Shown here: one piece after another, positions 21,667-35,430 of the stretch
Position numbering within the stretch: position 1 is the stretch's first letter
How the letters are laid out: each line of letters starts with the position of its first letter
Assembly (NCBI RefSeq): GCF_964213995.1
Contig: NW_027590077.1
Location: 930,001 to 994,000, forward strand
Source: Mustelus asterias
Lineage: Eukaryota
Length of the DNA: 64,000 bases
Reading direction: 5' to 3'
The notes under the pieces: model-generated
What the model was told of the DNA's origin: nothing
Seen by the model: the letters and a program-made list of their open reading frames with translations, nothing else
Databases searched by the model: none
Translations under genes and position numbers: made by a program

Positions 21667-24600
21667 AACATAGAACATAGAACATTACAGCGCAGTACAG
21701 GCCCTTCGGCCCTCGATGTTGCGCCGACCAGTGGAACCAATCTATAGCCCATCTAATCTACACTATTCCAATATTATCCATATGTTTATCCAATAACCAT
21801 TTGAATGCTCTTAATGTTGACGAGTCCACTACTGCTGCAGGCAGGGCATTCCACGCCCTTACTGCTCTCTGAGTAAAGAACCTACCTCTAACATCTGTCC
21901 GAAATCTATCACCCCTCAATTTAGAGCTACGTCCCATCGTGTTAGCCATCACCATCCGAGGAAAAACGCTGTCACTATCTACCCTATCTAATCCTCTGAT
22001 CATCTTGTATGCCTCTATTACGTCACCTCTTAAGCTTCTTCTCTCTAACGAAAACAACCTCAAGTCCCTCAGACTTTCCTCATACGATTTTCCCACCATA
22101 CCAGGCAACATCCTGGTAAATCTCCTCTGCACCCTTTCCAACACTTGCACATCTTTCCTATAATGCGGCGACCACAACTGTACGCAATACTCCAAGTGCA
22201 GCCGCACCAGAGTTTTGTACAGTTGCAGCATTAATTCCTGGCTCCGAAACTCAATCCCTCTACCAATAAAAGCTAACACACCGTACGACTTCTTAACAAC
22301 CCTATCAACCTGGGTGCCAACTTTCAGGGATCTATGCACATGGACACCCAGATCCCTCTGTTCATCCACACTACCAAGTATTTTACCATTAGCCCAGTAC
22401 TCTGTATCCCTGTTACTCCTTCCAAAGTGAATCACCTCACACTTTTCCGCATTAATCTCCATTTGCCACCTCTCAGCCCAACTCTGCACCTTATCTATGT
22501 CCCTCTGTAACCTACCACTTCCCTCCGCACTGTCTACAACTCCACCGAATTTAGTGTCATCCGCAAATTTACTAATCCATCATTCTACGCCCTCATCCAG
22601 GTCATTAATAAAAATGACAAACAGCAGTGGCCCCAAAACAGATCCTTGCGGTACACCACTAGTAACTGAACTCCATGGTGAACATTTCCCATCAACCACC
22701 ACCCTCTCTTTTCTTACAACTAGCCAATTCCTGATCCAAACCACTAAATCACCCTCAATCCTCTGTGTCCGTATTTTCTGCAAAAGCTTACTATGGGGAA
22801 CCTTATCAAACGCTTTGCTGAAATCCATATACACCACATCAACCGCGTTACCCTCATCGCCTCTTTTGTCACCTTCTCAAAGAACTCAATGAGGTTTGTG
22901 AGGCACGACCTACCCTTCACAAAACCGTGCTGAATATCCCGAATAAAATTATTCCTTTCTTGCTGATTATAAATCCTATATCTTATAATCCTTTCGAAAA
23001 CTTTGCCCACAACAGACGTAAGGCTCACCGGTCTATAATTAGCAGGTTGTCCCTACTCCCCTTCTTGAACAAGGGGACAGGATTTGCTATCCTCCAGTCT
23101 TCTGGCATTGTTCCTGTAGACAATGACGACACAAAGATCAAAGCCAAAGGCTCTGCAAGCTCCACTCTAGCCTCCCAGAGAATCCTGGGATAAATCCCAT
23201 CCGGCCCAGGGGACTTATCTATTTTACACTTTCCAGAATAGCTAACACCTCCTCCTTATGAACCTCAATCCCGTCCAGGTCAACAGCCTGCATCTCAGTA
23301 CTCCCCTCGACAACATTGTCCCTCTCTTGTGTGAATACCGACGGAAAATATTCATTTAGTCCCTCTCCTATCTCCTCAGACTCCACGCACAACTTCCCAC
23401 TACTGGCCTTGACTGGCCCTAATCTTACCCCAGTCATTCTTTTACTCCTGACATACCTATAGAAAGCTTTAGGGTTTCCCTTATACCGACCTGCCAAAGA
23501 CTTCTCATGTCCCCTCCTGGCTCTTCTTAATTCTTTCTTTAGGTCCTTCCTGGCTAACTTGTAATTCTCAAGTGCCCTAACTGATCCTTCATGTCTCAAC
23601 TTAACATAAGTCTCCTTCTTCCACTGCACAAGAGGTTCAACCTCTTTAGTAAACCACGGTTCCCTCACATGACTGCTTCCTCCCTGCCTGACAGGTACAT
23701 ATTTATCAAGGACGTGTAGTAGCTTTTCCTTGAGCAAGTTGCACATTACAATTGTGCCCATCCCCTGCAGTTTCCTTCCCCAACCCATGCCACCTAAATC
23801 TCACCTACTCGCATCATAATTTCCTTTCCCCCAGCTATAACTCTTGCCCTTTGGTATATACCTATCCCTTTCCATTGCTCAGGTAAACGTAATCGAATTG
23901 TGGTCACTGTCACAAAAGTGCTCACCTATCTCCAAATCTAACACCTGGCCTGGTTCATTACCCAGTACCAAATCCAATGTGGCCTTGCCTCTTGTTGGTC
24001 TATCTACATACTGTGTCAGGAAGCCTAGTCAAAAAGTGACCCCTCTAAAGTACTCGTAATATAGCTTTTCCAGTCAATATTTGTAAAGTCAAAGTCCCCC
24101 AGAACAACCACCCTGTTACTTTCGCTCCTATCCAGAATCATCTTTGCAATCTTTTCCTCTACATCTCTGGAACTTTTCGGAGGTCTATAAAAAAACTCCC
24201 AACAGGGTGACTTCTCCTTTCCTGTTTCTAACCTCAGCCCAAACTAGCTCAGTAGACAAGTCCTCATCAAATGTCCTTTCTGCCACCGTAATACTGTCCT
24301 TGACTAACAATGCCACACCTCCCCCTCTTTCACCACCTTCCCGGCACTTACTGAAACATCTAAACCCTGGAACCTGCAACAACCATTCCTGTCCCTGCTC
24401 TATCCATGTCTCCGAGATGGCCACAACTTGGAAATCCCAGGGACCAACCCCTTCTGCAAGTTCACCCACCTTATTCCGGATGCTCCTGGCGTTGAGGTAT
24501 ACATATTTCAAACCACCTTCCTGCCTGCCAGTACACTCCTGCGACCCTGAAACCTCATCCATGATCTCACTACTCTCAACCTCCTGTACACCGGAGCAAC

Positions 24601-26000
24601 AATTCAGGTACCCACCCCCCTGCTGAATTAGCTTAAACCCTCCCGAAGAACATTAACAAATAGCACCCCCCAAGACATTGGTACCCCTCTGGTTCAGGTG
24701 CAGACCATCCTGTGTGTGGAGGTCCCACCTACCCCAGAAAGAGCCCCAATTGTCCTGGTATCTGAAACCCTCCCTCCAGCACCATCCCTGTAACCACGTG
24801 TTCAACTGCTCTCTCTCCCCTCCTCACCTCAGTATCACGTGGCACGGGTAATAAACCAGAGATAACAACTTTGTTTGTTCTAGTTCTAAGCTTCCACCCT
24901 AACTCCCTGAATTTCTGTCTTACATCCCCATCCCTTTTCCTACCTATGTCTTGAGTACCTATGTGAACCACAACTTGGTGCTGGTCCCACTCCCCCTTAA
25001 GGATTTCGAAAACATGATCTGAGATATCATGGACTCTGGCTCCTGGGAGGCAACACACCAACTGCGAGTCTCTCTCATTCCCCCAGAATCTCCTATCCGT
25101 CCCTTTAACTATGGAGTCCCCAATGACTAATCCTCTACTCCTCTCCCCCTTCCCTTCTGAGCGACAAGGAGAGACTCTGAGCCAGTGACCTGTACACCAT
25201 GGCTTACCCCTGCTACGTACCCCCCCCCCCCCCCAACAGCATGCAGAAGTGTACTATCCCCAATTTCTGCTACATTTCTTGTTTCTCCCCCCAACTTGAA
25301 CGGCTCCCTGTACCCTGGTGCTGTGGTCAGTTTGCTCATCCTCCCTTTCCCTGCCCTTCTGAGCTGCCGGGCCGGACTCTGCGCCAGAGACACGGTTCCT
25401 GTTGCTTCCCCCAGGTAGGCTGCTCCCCCCAACAGCACTCAAACAGGAGTACTTATTTTTAAGGGGCACAGCCACTGGGGTACTCTCTAGTACCTGACCT
25501 TTCCCCTTCCCATTCCTAACCGTGATCCACTTGTCTGTCTCCCGTGGCCCCGGTGTGACCACCTGCCTGTAACTCCTATCTATCACCTCCTCATTCTCCC
25601 GAACCAGACGAAGGTCATCGAGCTGCAGTTCCAGTTCCCTAACGTTGTCCCTTAGGAGCTGCAGCTCGACGCACCTGGCGCAGATATGGACGTCCGGGAG
25701 GCTAGCTGACTCCAGGACCTCCCACATCCGACAGTGAGAACAACAAGCTGGCCTCACACTCATAATTCCCCCTTTCTTCCAATCACACAGGAAAAACTAT
25801 CTAAACCTACGCTGCCTGTGCCTGTTTCCGCCGAAGTCTGATGACCCAAAGCCCTTTAGCTCTCACTCTGCTCCCTGCTCACTCTGCTGCCCGCTGCAAC
25901 GCTGCCCGCTGAATATTGCGGCCTCCCCCTTAAATCTCCCGCACGCTAAAAGAAAATTCAAAAATCCTTCCCACAGCACCCTGCGCGCGGCCTACTTCCA
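21667..26000 (-). mobile_element. Near full-length CR1 LINE (ORF1 zinc finger/leucine zipper/esterase; ORF2 APE-RT), degenerate
   Basis: ORF1 MSVRPACCSHC..CARC..LELQLDDL and VCCLPGARV..VHIGT esterase; YLNARSIRNK APE; [23 protein letters not shown]; (catagaa)n tail at 21667. 5' end approximate. Confidence 0.93.
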
Positions 26001-27039
26001 GTCTATACTTTAAAAGTTTTAAAATAAATAAATTCATAAACCAAGCCCGCGAAAAAGTGATTTAAATGTTGATCTCTTTCCCCAGCAGTCCTGCAGCAAA
26101 TCGCTCCTCCTTGCCTCTCTTAGGATGAACAATGGTAGGGGGACTGAACATTTCAGCTGCTGGTGGTAACATAGCTGGAATCAATGCTTAATGTCAGACA
26201 TATAGGGCAGCATTCCGAAATAGCGCACAAACATATTGAGCATCAGATGCAAACAACATGAAACTCTAACTGAGAGAATGTTTGAATCTACAGCACGCAG
26301 GCCATTGTGAAGCGACTGAACAGAAATTACTATCCCAACATTGACTATTACTCACCTGCTAATATTGGGGCAGGTGGTGACATCTTAAATCAGATTAATG
26401 TCAAGAAATGCCCAAGATACGCTCGTAGGATGAAAAAACGTAGATTATCAGTGAGAGAGTGCAACTGGCAGACAGTTGGACATGAGTGAACAATTGTGTA
26501 CAGGTGGGCGGGGGGAGCGGGGCTATTTTCACCTCATGTGACGTTTGAATTGCGTTTGATTTATCAGCTGGTATAACGAGAAGAAAGAGAGAGAGAAATT
26601 ACATTGGAAATGTTTAAAGATGTGAAAAGTTCGAATGAGCAATATGCTGCGCTTTATAAGTAGTCGAATAAAGTGCAAATAAACGGGAACTTCTACCAGA
26701 TGTCTGTAAAATAATAGTTGGAGCCAATAACCCTGTTGGATTAAGGGACCCATTTATTGGCTCCACGCAAATGATTGTGGGGCTTTGGAAGCAATATAAA
26801 TATTGTTTACGTGCATGACTCCATGGTTTGATAAATAATTACTTCCCTGTGCGGAAATATTTGCATGTTGCTTCCTGTCTCTTGGTGAAGGAAATATGAA
26901 ATAGTAAACAAAATATGAGGGTGTTTTTGTTGACGAGAGAGTGATAATACTAGACCTTTCATATCAAAGCCATAGATACAATCATTAATTCACAAAATCA
27001 TTTGAATAAGAGAAAGGCAAAGAGAAAGCGAGAGAATAA

Positions 27040-27041
27040 GG

Positions 27042-27072
<31 letters not shown>
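27040..27072. repeat. (AG)n microsatellite
   Basis: Direct reading. Confidence 0.9.
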
Positions 27073-27074
<2 letters not shown>

Positions 27075-27198
27075 GGGAGGAAGGAGCTGGGACTATATAT
27101 ATCATGATGTGGAGATGCCGGCGTTGGACTGGGGTAAACACAGTAAGAAGTTTAACAACACCAGGTTAAAGTCCAACAGGTTTATTTGGTAGCAAAAG

Positions 27199-27243
27199 CC
27201 ACACAAGCTTTCGAGGCTCTGAGCCCCTTCTTCAGGTGAGTGG
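27199..27243 (-). ncRNA. Minimal hammerhead ribozyme motif
   Basis: Identical to 9185-9229. Confidence 0.7.
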
Positions 27244-27520
27244 GAATTCTGTTCACAAACAGAACTTATAAGACACAGACTCAATTTACATGAATAATGG
27301 TTGGAATGCGAATACTTACAACTAATCCAGTCTTTAAGAAACAAAACAATGGGAGTGGAGAGAGCATCAAGACAGGCTAAAAAGATGTGTATTGTCTCCA
27401 GACAAGACAGCCAGTGAAACTCTGCAGGTCCACGCAACTGTGGGAGTTACAAATAGTGTGACATAAATTCTGATTCTAGGATCGCATGATAAAGACTCAG
27501 GAGGAAAAAAGCAGAAATAT

Positions 27521-28001
27521 TTATGTGAAATAGTGTGACATAAACCCAATATCCCGGTTGAGGCCGTCCTTGTGTGTGCGGAACCTGGCTATCAGTTTCT
27601 GCTCCGCGACTCTGCGCTGTCGTGTGTCGCGAAGGCCGCCTTGGAGAACGCTTACCCGAATATCAGAGGCCGAATGCCCGTGACCGCTGAAGTGCTCCCC
27701 AACAGGAAGAGAACAGTCTTGCCTGGTGATTGTCGAGCGGTGTTCATTCATCCGTTGTCGCAGCGTCTGCATAGTTTCCCCAATGTACCATGCCTCGGGA
27801 CATCCTTTCTTGCAGCGTATCAGGTAGACAACGTTGGCCGAGTTGCAAGAGTATGTACCGTGTACCTGGTGGATGGTGTTCTCACGTGAGATGATGGCAT
27901 CTGTGTCGATGATCCGGCACGTCTTGCAGAGGTTGCTGTGGCAGGGTTGTGTGGTGTCTTGGTCACTGTTCTCCTGAAGGCTGGGTAGTTTGCTGCGGAC
28001 A
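27521..28001 (-). CDS. PLE ORF C-terminus, GIY-YIG endonuclease (5'-truncated), left arm
   Basis: C..CKTC..SCNSANVVYLIRC..C..WYIGET..L..RMNEH..VGEHF..H..E..I..GLN motif set of Penelope/Neptune-type endonucleases; no internal stops. Confidence 0.88.
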
Positions 28002-28029
28002 AGGCAAGAAGTGGGGGTGTGGGGATGGC

Positions 28030-28555
28030 CCCACTTCTTGCCTTCAAACAACCGCACAACCTCAAACAGACCATTGTCCGCAGCAAACTACCCAGCCTTC
28101 AGGAGAACAGTGACCAAGACACCACACAACCCTGCCACAGCAACCTCTGCAAGACGTGCCGGATCATCGACACAGATGCCATCATCTCACGTGAGAACAC
28201 CATCCACCAGGTACACGGTACATACTCTTGCAACTCGGCCAACGTTGTCTACCTGATACGCTGCAAGAAAGGATGTCCCGAGGCATGGTACATTGGGGAA
28301 ACTATGCAGACGCTGCGACAACGGATGAATGAACACCGCTCGACAATCACCAGGCAAGACTGTTCTCTTCCTGTTGGGGAGCACTTCAGCGGTCACGGGC
28401 ATTCGGCCTCTGATATTCGGGTAAGCGTTCTCCAAGGCGGCCTTCGCGACACACGACAGCGCAGAGTCGCGGAGCAGAAACTGATAGCCAGGTTCCGCAC
28501 ACACAAGGACGGCCTCAACCGGGATATTGGGTTTATGTCACACTATTTCACATAA
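28030..28555 (+). CDS. PLE ORF C-terminus, GIY-YIG endonuclease (5'-truncated), right arm
   Basis: Same protein as the left arm, preceded by PLLAFKQPHNLKQTIVRS. Confidence 0.88.
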
Positions 28556-28832
28556 ATATTTCTGCTTTTTTCCTCCTGAGTCTTTATCATGCGATCCTAG
28601 AATCAGAATTTATGTCACACTATTTGTAACTCCCACAGTTGCGTGGACCTGCAGAGTTTCACTGGCTGTCTTGTCTGGAGACAATACACATCTTTTTAGC
28701 CTGTCTTGATGCTCTCTCCACTCCCATTGTTTTGTTTCTTAAAGACTGGATTAGTTGTAAGTATTCGCATTCCAACCATTATTCATGTAAATTGAGTCTG
28801 TGTCTTATAAGTTCTGTTTGTGAACAGAATTC

Positions 28833-28877
28833 CCACTCACCTGAAGAAGGGGCTCAGAGCCTCGAAAGCTTGTGTGG
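28833..28877 (+). ncRNA. Minimal hammerhead ribozyme motif
   Basis: Identical to 9816-9860. Confidence 0.7.
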
Positions 28878-28945
28878 CTTTTGCTACCAAATAAACCTGT
28901 TGGACTTTAACCTGGTGTTGTTAAACTTCTTACTATATATATCTG

Positions 28946-31375
28946 CATAGAACATAGAACATAGAACATTACAGCGCAGTACAGGCCCTTCGGCACTCGA
29001 TGTTGCGCCAACCAGTGAAACCAATCTAAAGCCCCTCTAATCTACACTATTCCAATATCATCCATATATTTATCCAATGACCAATTAAATGCCCTTAATG
29101 TTGGCGAGTCCACTACTGCTGCAGACAGGGTATTCCAGGCCCTTACTGCTCTCTGAGTGAAGAACCTTCCTCTGACATCTGTCCTATATCTATCAGCCCT
29201 CAATTTAAAGTATGTCCCCTCGTGCTAGCTATCACCATGCGAGGACAAAGGCTCAAACTATCCACCCTGTCTAATCCTCTGATAATCTTGTATGCCTCTA
29301 CTAAGTCACCTCTTAACCATCTTCTCTCTAACGAAAACAACCTCAAGTCCCTCAGCCTTTCCTCAGAAGACGCTCCCACCATACCAAGCAACATCCTGGT
29401 AAATCTCCTCTGCACCCTTTCCAATGCTTCCACATCCTTCGTATAATGCGGCGACCAGAACTGTACGCTATACTCCAAGTGCGGCCGCACCAGAGTTTTG
29501 TACAGCTGCAACATGACCTCCAGGCTCTGAAAGTCAATCCCTCTGCCAATAAAAGCTAACGCTCTGTACGCCGTCTTAACAACCCTATCAACCTGGGTGC
29601 CAGCTTCACAGGGATCTCTGCACATGCACACCGAGATCTCTCTGTTCATCCACACTACCAAGTATCTTACCATTAGCCCAGTACTCTGTAATCCTGCTAC
29701 TCCTTCCAATGTGAATCACCTCAGACTTTTCCGCACTGAACTCCATTTGCCACCTCCCAGTCTAGCTCTGCAGCTTACCTATGTCCCTCTGTAACCTGCA
29801 GCAACCTTCAGCACTGTCGACAACTCCACCGAATTTAGTGTCATCTGCAAATTTACTAACCCATTCTTCTACGCTTTCATCCAAGTCATTTATAAAAATG
29901 ACAAACAGTAGTGGCCCCAAAACAGATTCTTGCGCTACACCACGGGTAACTGAACTCCAGGATGAACATTTCCCATCAACCACCACCCTCTGTCTTCTTA
30001 CAGCTAGCCAATTCCTGATCCAAACCGCTAAATTACCCTCAATCCCATGCCTCCGTATCTTCTGCAATAGCTTACCGTGGGGAACCTATCAAACGCTTTA
30101 CTGAAATCCATATACATCACATCAAATGTTTTACCATCATCCACCTCTTTGGTCGCCTTCTCAAAGAACTCAATGAGGTTTGTGAGGCACGACCTACCCT
30201 TCACAAAACCGTGTTCACTATCCCTAATCAAAATATTCCTTTCTAGATGATTGTAAATCCTTTCTCTTATAATACTTTCTAAAATTTTGCCCACAACAGA
30301 AGTACGGCTCACTGGTCTATAATTACCAGAATTGTCTCGACTCCCCTTCTTGAACAAGGGGACAAAATTTGCGATCCTCCAGTCTTCTGGCACTATTCAA
30401 GTAGACAATGACGACATAAAGGTCAGAGCCAAAGGCACTGCAATCTCCTCCCTCGCCTCCCAGAGAATCCTAGGATAAATCCCATCCGGCCCAGGGGGAC
30501 CTATCTATTTTCACACTTTCCAGAATTGTTAACAGCTCCTTCTTATTAACCTCAATCCCGTCTCGTCCAATAGCCTGTATCGCAGTATTCTCCTGGACAA
30601 CATTGTCTTTTTCCTGCGTGAATACTGACGAAAAATATTCATTTAGCGCCTCTCCTATCTCTTCAGGCTCCATGCACAACTTCCCACTACTGTCCTTGAC
30701 TGGCCCTAATCTTACCCGAGTCATTCTTGTACTCCTGACATACTTATAGAAAGCTTTAGGGTTTTCCTTGATCCTACCTGCCAAATACTTCTCATGGCCC
30801 CTCCAGGCTCTTCTTCAATCTCTGTTTAGGCCCTTCCTGGCTAACTTGTAACTCTCAGGCGCCCGAACTGAGCCTTGATGTCTCATCTTTACATAAATCT
30901 CCTTCTTCCTCTTCACAAGAGATTCAACGTCTTTTGTAAATCACGGTTCCCTCGCTCGAACACTTCCTCCCTGCCTGATAGGTACATACTTATCAAGGAC
31001 ACGTAGCAGCTGTTCCTTGAACAAGCTCCACATTTCAATTGTGCCCATCCCCTGCAGTCTCCTTCCCCAACCTATGCATCCTAAATCTCGCCTAATCGCG
31101 TCATGATTTCCTTTCCCCCAGCTTTAACTCTTGCTCTTCGGTATATACCGATGCATTTCCATTGCTAAAGTAAACGTAACCGAATTGTCACTATCACCAA
31201 AGTGCTCACCTACCTCCAAATCTAACACGTGGTCTGGTTCATTACCCAGTACCATATCCAATGTGGCCTCGCCTCTTGTTGGCCTATCTACATACTGTGT
31301 TAGGAAACCCTCCTGCACACATTGGTCGAAAACTGACCCCTCTAAAGTACTCGAACTATATCTTTTCCAGTCAAT
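28946..31375 (-). mobile_element. CR1 LINE, 5'-truncated ORF2
   Basis: APE C-terminus (LTQYVDRPTR) through RT (KFADDTK) to (catagaa)n tail. Confidence 0.92.
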
Positions 31376-31574
31376 TCAATATTGTGCATCCATTCAACTA
31401 TCAGAAAATATGTTTTTTATGCAGTAGAGAAAGAAATAACTGGTTATCCTTAGTGTTAACCCGTACAAATTTTTGGTCAGGCTGTCCCTGAATTAACTTT
31501 ATTCAGCGTGACACCTTAACTCGGAAAATTAAAGACAAAATATTTTTTTTGTGAGATCTCAGAATAGGACAATT

Positions 31575-32010
31575 GAAAACTTAAGCAGTTGTCGGCCATT
31601 CGGTCCTTCGAACCCACTCCACTATTCAATATGATCATGTTTGAGACTGTCTCTAAATGCCACGTTCCCACAGTTTTTCTGTACTCTTAGATATCTGTGG
31701 AATTAATGAATCCAATTCTTAAACATATTCGGTGACTTGGCCTCCACAACTTCCTATAGCAGACAATTGCACAGGTTCACCACACTCTGAGAAAGTATTC
31801 TCTTGTCTCTGCCCTATCCAGCCGCCCCCGTATACTGAGACTGTAAACCTTTGTTCTCGACCCCCCGGCCACAGGAAACTGCATCCACTCTGCCCAGCAC
31901 TGTCACAATTTCACACGTTTCAATCATACCCACTGTCATTTTGAACATTCCAGTGAATACAGGGCTCAGTCGAACCAACCTCTCCTCAAACGACAACACT
32001 GTCATCCCAG
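31575..32010 (-). mobile_element. Old CR1 3' fragment
   Basis: LSFEERL..RL..F remnant and ggccattcgg tail. Confidence 0.65.
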
Positions 32011-32419
32011 GATTCTTTCAGATGATTTATCCTCACATTTTATTTCTTTCTCAAATGAACCTGTTCTTCTTCTGAATTATTTAATAATGCTTCAACCACA
32101 TGCATCCTCACCTCTACGAGCTCACCGGTCAAAATGTGTTGCTATTCCATTTTAACTTTAACCGCCATTATTAAAATTGTGCTTGTTTTTACTTCATTTG
32201 AAATCATTGGTTTCAGACCCAGCTTCGTAACCCTCTCACTGAACGTGACATTCTGTAATTCTATGCTTTCTGTTATAGAGAGGATTCCACTGACCTTAAT
32301 CTCCATCAATCCGAAATTCCCTTCATTGCAACATGCTGCCGCCAATATCCAGCACTGCACTCAGTTTAAATAACTCCATAACAGGCTGATTATATGAATA
32401 TCAGCACACACTCCCCCAG

Positions 32420-33880
32420 CTAAATACAACAGTCAATACATCCCAATCGCCTCAGTCAAATCATCCCACCACCTTCAGCAATTACATCCCGCCCCACTCA
32501 GTCACTCCATCCCAATCCCATCAGTCACTGTATCGCACTCCCCTCAGTCACTGCATCCCACTCCCCTTAGTGACTGCATCCCACTCCACACAGTCACTAC
32601 GTCCCACTCCCATCAGTCACCACACCGCACTCCCCTCAGCAAAAATATCACACTACCCTCTGTCACTACATCTCACGACCCTCAGTTATTACAGCCCACT
32701 GTCCTCAGTCATGACATCCCATTCACTTCAATAAAAACATCCCATTCCCCTCGGTCATTGCATCTCACAACCGTGAGTAACTGTATCCCACTCCCCTTAG
32801 TCACTGCATCCCACTCCCCTCACTCACTGTATCCCACTCCCCTCATTCACTGCATCCCACTCCCCTCAGTCACTCTATCCCACTCCCCTCTTTCACTGCA
32901 TCCCACTCCCCTCATTCACTGTATCCCACTCCCCTCAGTCACTGTATCCCACTCCCCTTATTCACTGCATCCCACTCCCCTCATTCAATGCATCCCGCTC
33001 CCCTCATTCACTGCATCCCACTCCCCTCACTCACTGCATCCCACTCCCCTCAGTCACTGTATCCCACTCCCCTCATTCGCTGAATCCCACTCCCCTCATT
33101 CACTGCATCCCACTCCCCTCATTCACTGCATCCCACTCCCGTCACTCACTGCATCCCACTCCCCTCACTCACTGCATCCCACTCCCCTCAGTCACTGTAT
33201 CCCACTCCCCTCATTCACTGCATCCCACTCCCTTCAGTCACTCTATCCCACTCCCCACAGTCACTGTATCCCACTCCCCTCATTCACTGCATCCCACTCC
33301 CCTCATTCACTGTATCCCACTCCCCTCACTCACTGCATCCCACTCCCCTCATTCACTGCATCCCACTCCCCTCATTCACTGCATCCCACTCCCCTCATTC
33401 ACTGAATCCCACTGCCCTCACTCACTACATCCCGCTCCCCTCATTCACTGTATCCCACTGCCCTCAGTCACTGCATCCCACCCCTGTCAGCCACTGCATC
33501 TCATCCCCCTCAGTCACGCATTTAGCTCCCCTTAGTGACAGCAATCCACTCACATCAGTTACTGCATCCCACTCCTCTCAGTCACTATTCCCCTCTCCCC
33601 TCAGTTACTACATATCACTCACGTCAGTCACAACATCTCATTGCCTCAGTCAATGCATCCTGCGTCCTTCAGTCACTGCATACCACTCCACTCAGTCACT
33701 ACGTCCCACTCCCCTCAGTTACTACATCCCTCTCCCATCAGTCACTTCATCCCATTCCCCTGAGTGACTACACCCCTCTCCCCTGAGTCACTACATCCCA
33801 ACCTCCTCAGTTACCTGCCCCCTGATTCATTACATCCCACTCCCCTTAGTCACCACCTCCGGATCCCCACAGTCACTGTT
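32420..33880. repeat. 23-bp minisatellite (cccactcccctcagtcactgcat)n
   Basis: About 60 tandem units, homogeneous centre with decayed edges. Confidence 0.95.
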
Positions 33881-35149
33881 CTTCTCCATGGTTTCAAACA
33901 GGTTCAACTCACTGCATGACCATCCCAGACACAACCTCCAGCTTCGGCCAATCACCATATCCAACTCTACTCAAGCACCAACGCCACCACGCTCAGGTAC
34001 CCAAACCCAGTTTCTTCAACCATTCTGCTCAGAGGCTCGTTAATATTTGAATGCCAAGTCCTCCAGAACCAGTGGGGTCCAGAACCAATTATTTTTAGTA
34101 ACATAGAGTTTCCATCAACATCGGAGGAAGGGATATGGACGCGTTGGGGAGCAGACAAGGAGTAGATTTGAGGTCACCACTACATCCGCTTTGAACTTGT
34201 TGATTGACAGAACAGGCACATTGTGCCTCATGGCTTATACTTACTCCAACTCAACATGATCTCCTGTTCAATCATTCCGCTACTTCCTTTATATCTCCTT
34301 CTCTCTTAAATCTCCCTGTTCTGTTTCTCCTTCTTTGATCAAGGCCTTTCTCCCCTGCACCATCATTCCCCGCTCTCGGTCTCCCCCTCTCCTTCACCCG
34401 TGCCTCTCCTGGGACTTAAGTGAAACCCTCCAACAACCATTACTATTTTGCCTTGTGCAAAAGTACCATCATGCAGATAGATGTCGAGTAGCTGTACTAA
34501 AATAAGATAAAAACAGAAATTGCTGGCAGTTTTCAGCAGGACAGCCAGTACTTGTTTCTGTCCTGACAGAAGCAAATATTCCATCTGATGAACGGTTAGG
34601 AGCTGAAACCTTAACTCCGTTTTTTTCTCTATACAGATGCTGGCTGACCTGCTGAGTTGTTTCAGCAATTTCTGCTTCACTTCAGATTTCTCGGAACAGA
34701 AATATTTGACATTTGTAACAGAAATACATTTCTTTTTCAATTTAGGGGCCTGTGGGGGGGGGGGGGGGGGGGGCGGGGGGGGGAATGGATGGAGGATGGT
34801 GTGGCGTGAGGTGAAACGTGGAGGTGTGCGAGAGGACGGACCAACTACTTTTTTTGTATGAAGAAGATTGTGCGTGAATGTTTACATTCAATTCTGGAAT
34901 CTGCAACTCAGAATAGATGCATCAGCCTGTGGCAACATGCAAGACATTATCATCAGAATTACACCAGCCTCAAAAGGTTATAATTAGATTCATAGATTCA
35001 TAGTCTTTGACAGCATAGAAGGAGATCATTCAGCCCATCGTGCCCGTGCCCTTCAACAAATATCTGAGGGCATTAATCCCATTTTCCAAGACTTCTTCCA
35101 CAGCCCTGTGATTTATAGCAGAGAAGTCAATATCTAAATCCTTCTGAAA

Positions 35150-35430
35150 TGAATCATTGAATCATAGAATCCCTAAAGTGTGGAAGTCTGCACCGACAAC
35201 AGTCCCACCCAGGCCCTATCCCCGTCACCCCACATATTACCCCACCAATCCCTCTAAACTATGCATTCCGGGGCACTAAGGGGCAATTTAGAATGGCCAA
35301 TTCACCTAACCCACACATCTTTGGACGGTGGGAGGAAACCGGAGCACCTGGAGGAAATCCATGCAAACACAGGGAGAATGTGCAAACTCCACACTGACAG
35401 TGACTCAAGCCAGAATCGAACCCAGGTCAG
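35150..35430 (-). mobile_element. V-SINE (HE1-like)
   Basis: gtgggaggaaaccggagcacc..gcaaactccacac core, reversed. Confidence 0.75.

Larger units (their letters stand above)
27104..28931. mobile_element. Penelope-like element, fold-back insertion 2 (GIY-YIG endonuclease + pseudo-LTR on both arms)
   Basis: ~0.86-kb near-perfect inverted arms; ACTATATATATC duplication (27092-27103 / 28932-28943); only the left arm carries the terminal tail. Confidence 0.95.

Noticed and set aside
32758-33405. 215-aa His/Pro/Ser-rich ORF, or CRISPR-like array
   Set aside because: Translation of a 23-bp tandem repeat with no unique spacers; eukaryotic context. The same applies to ORFs at 47966-48987.
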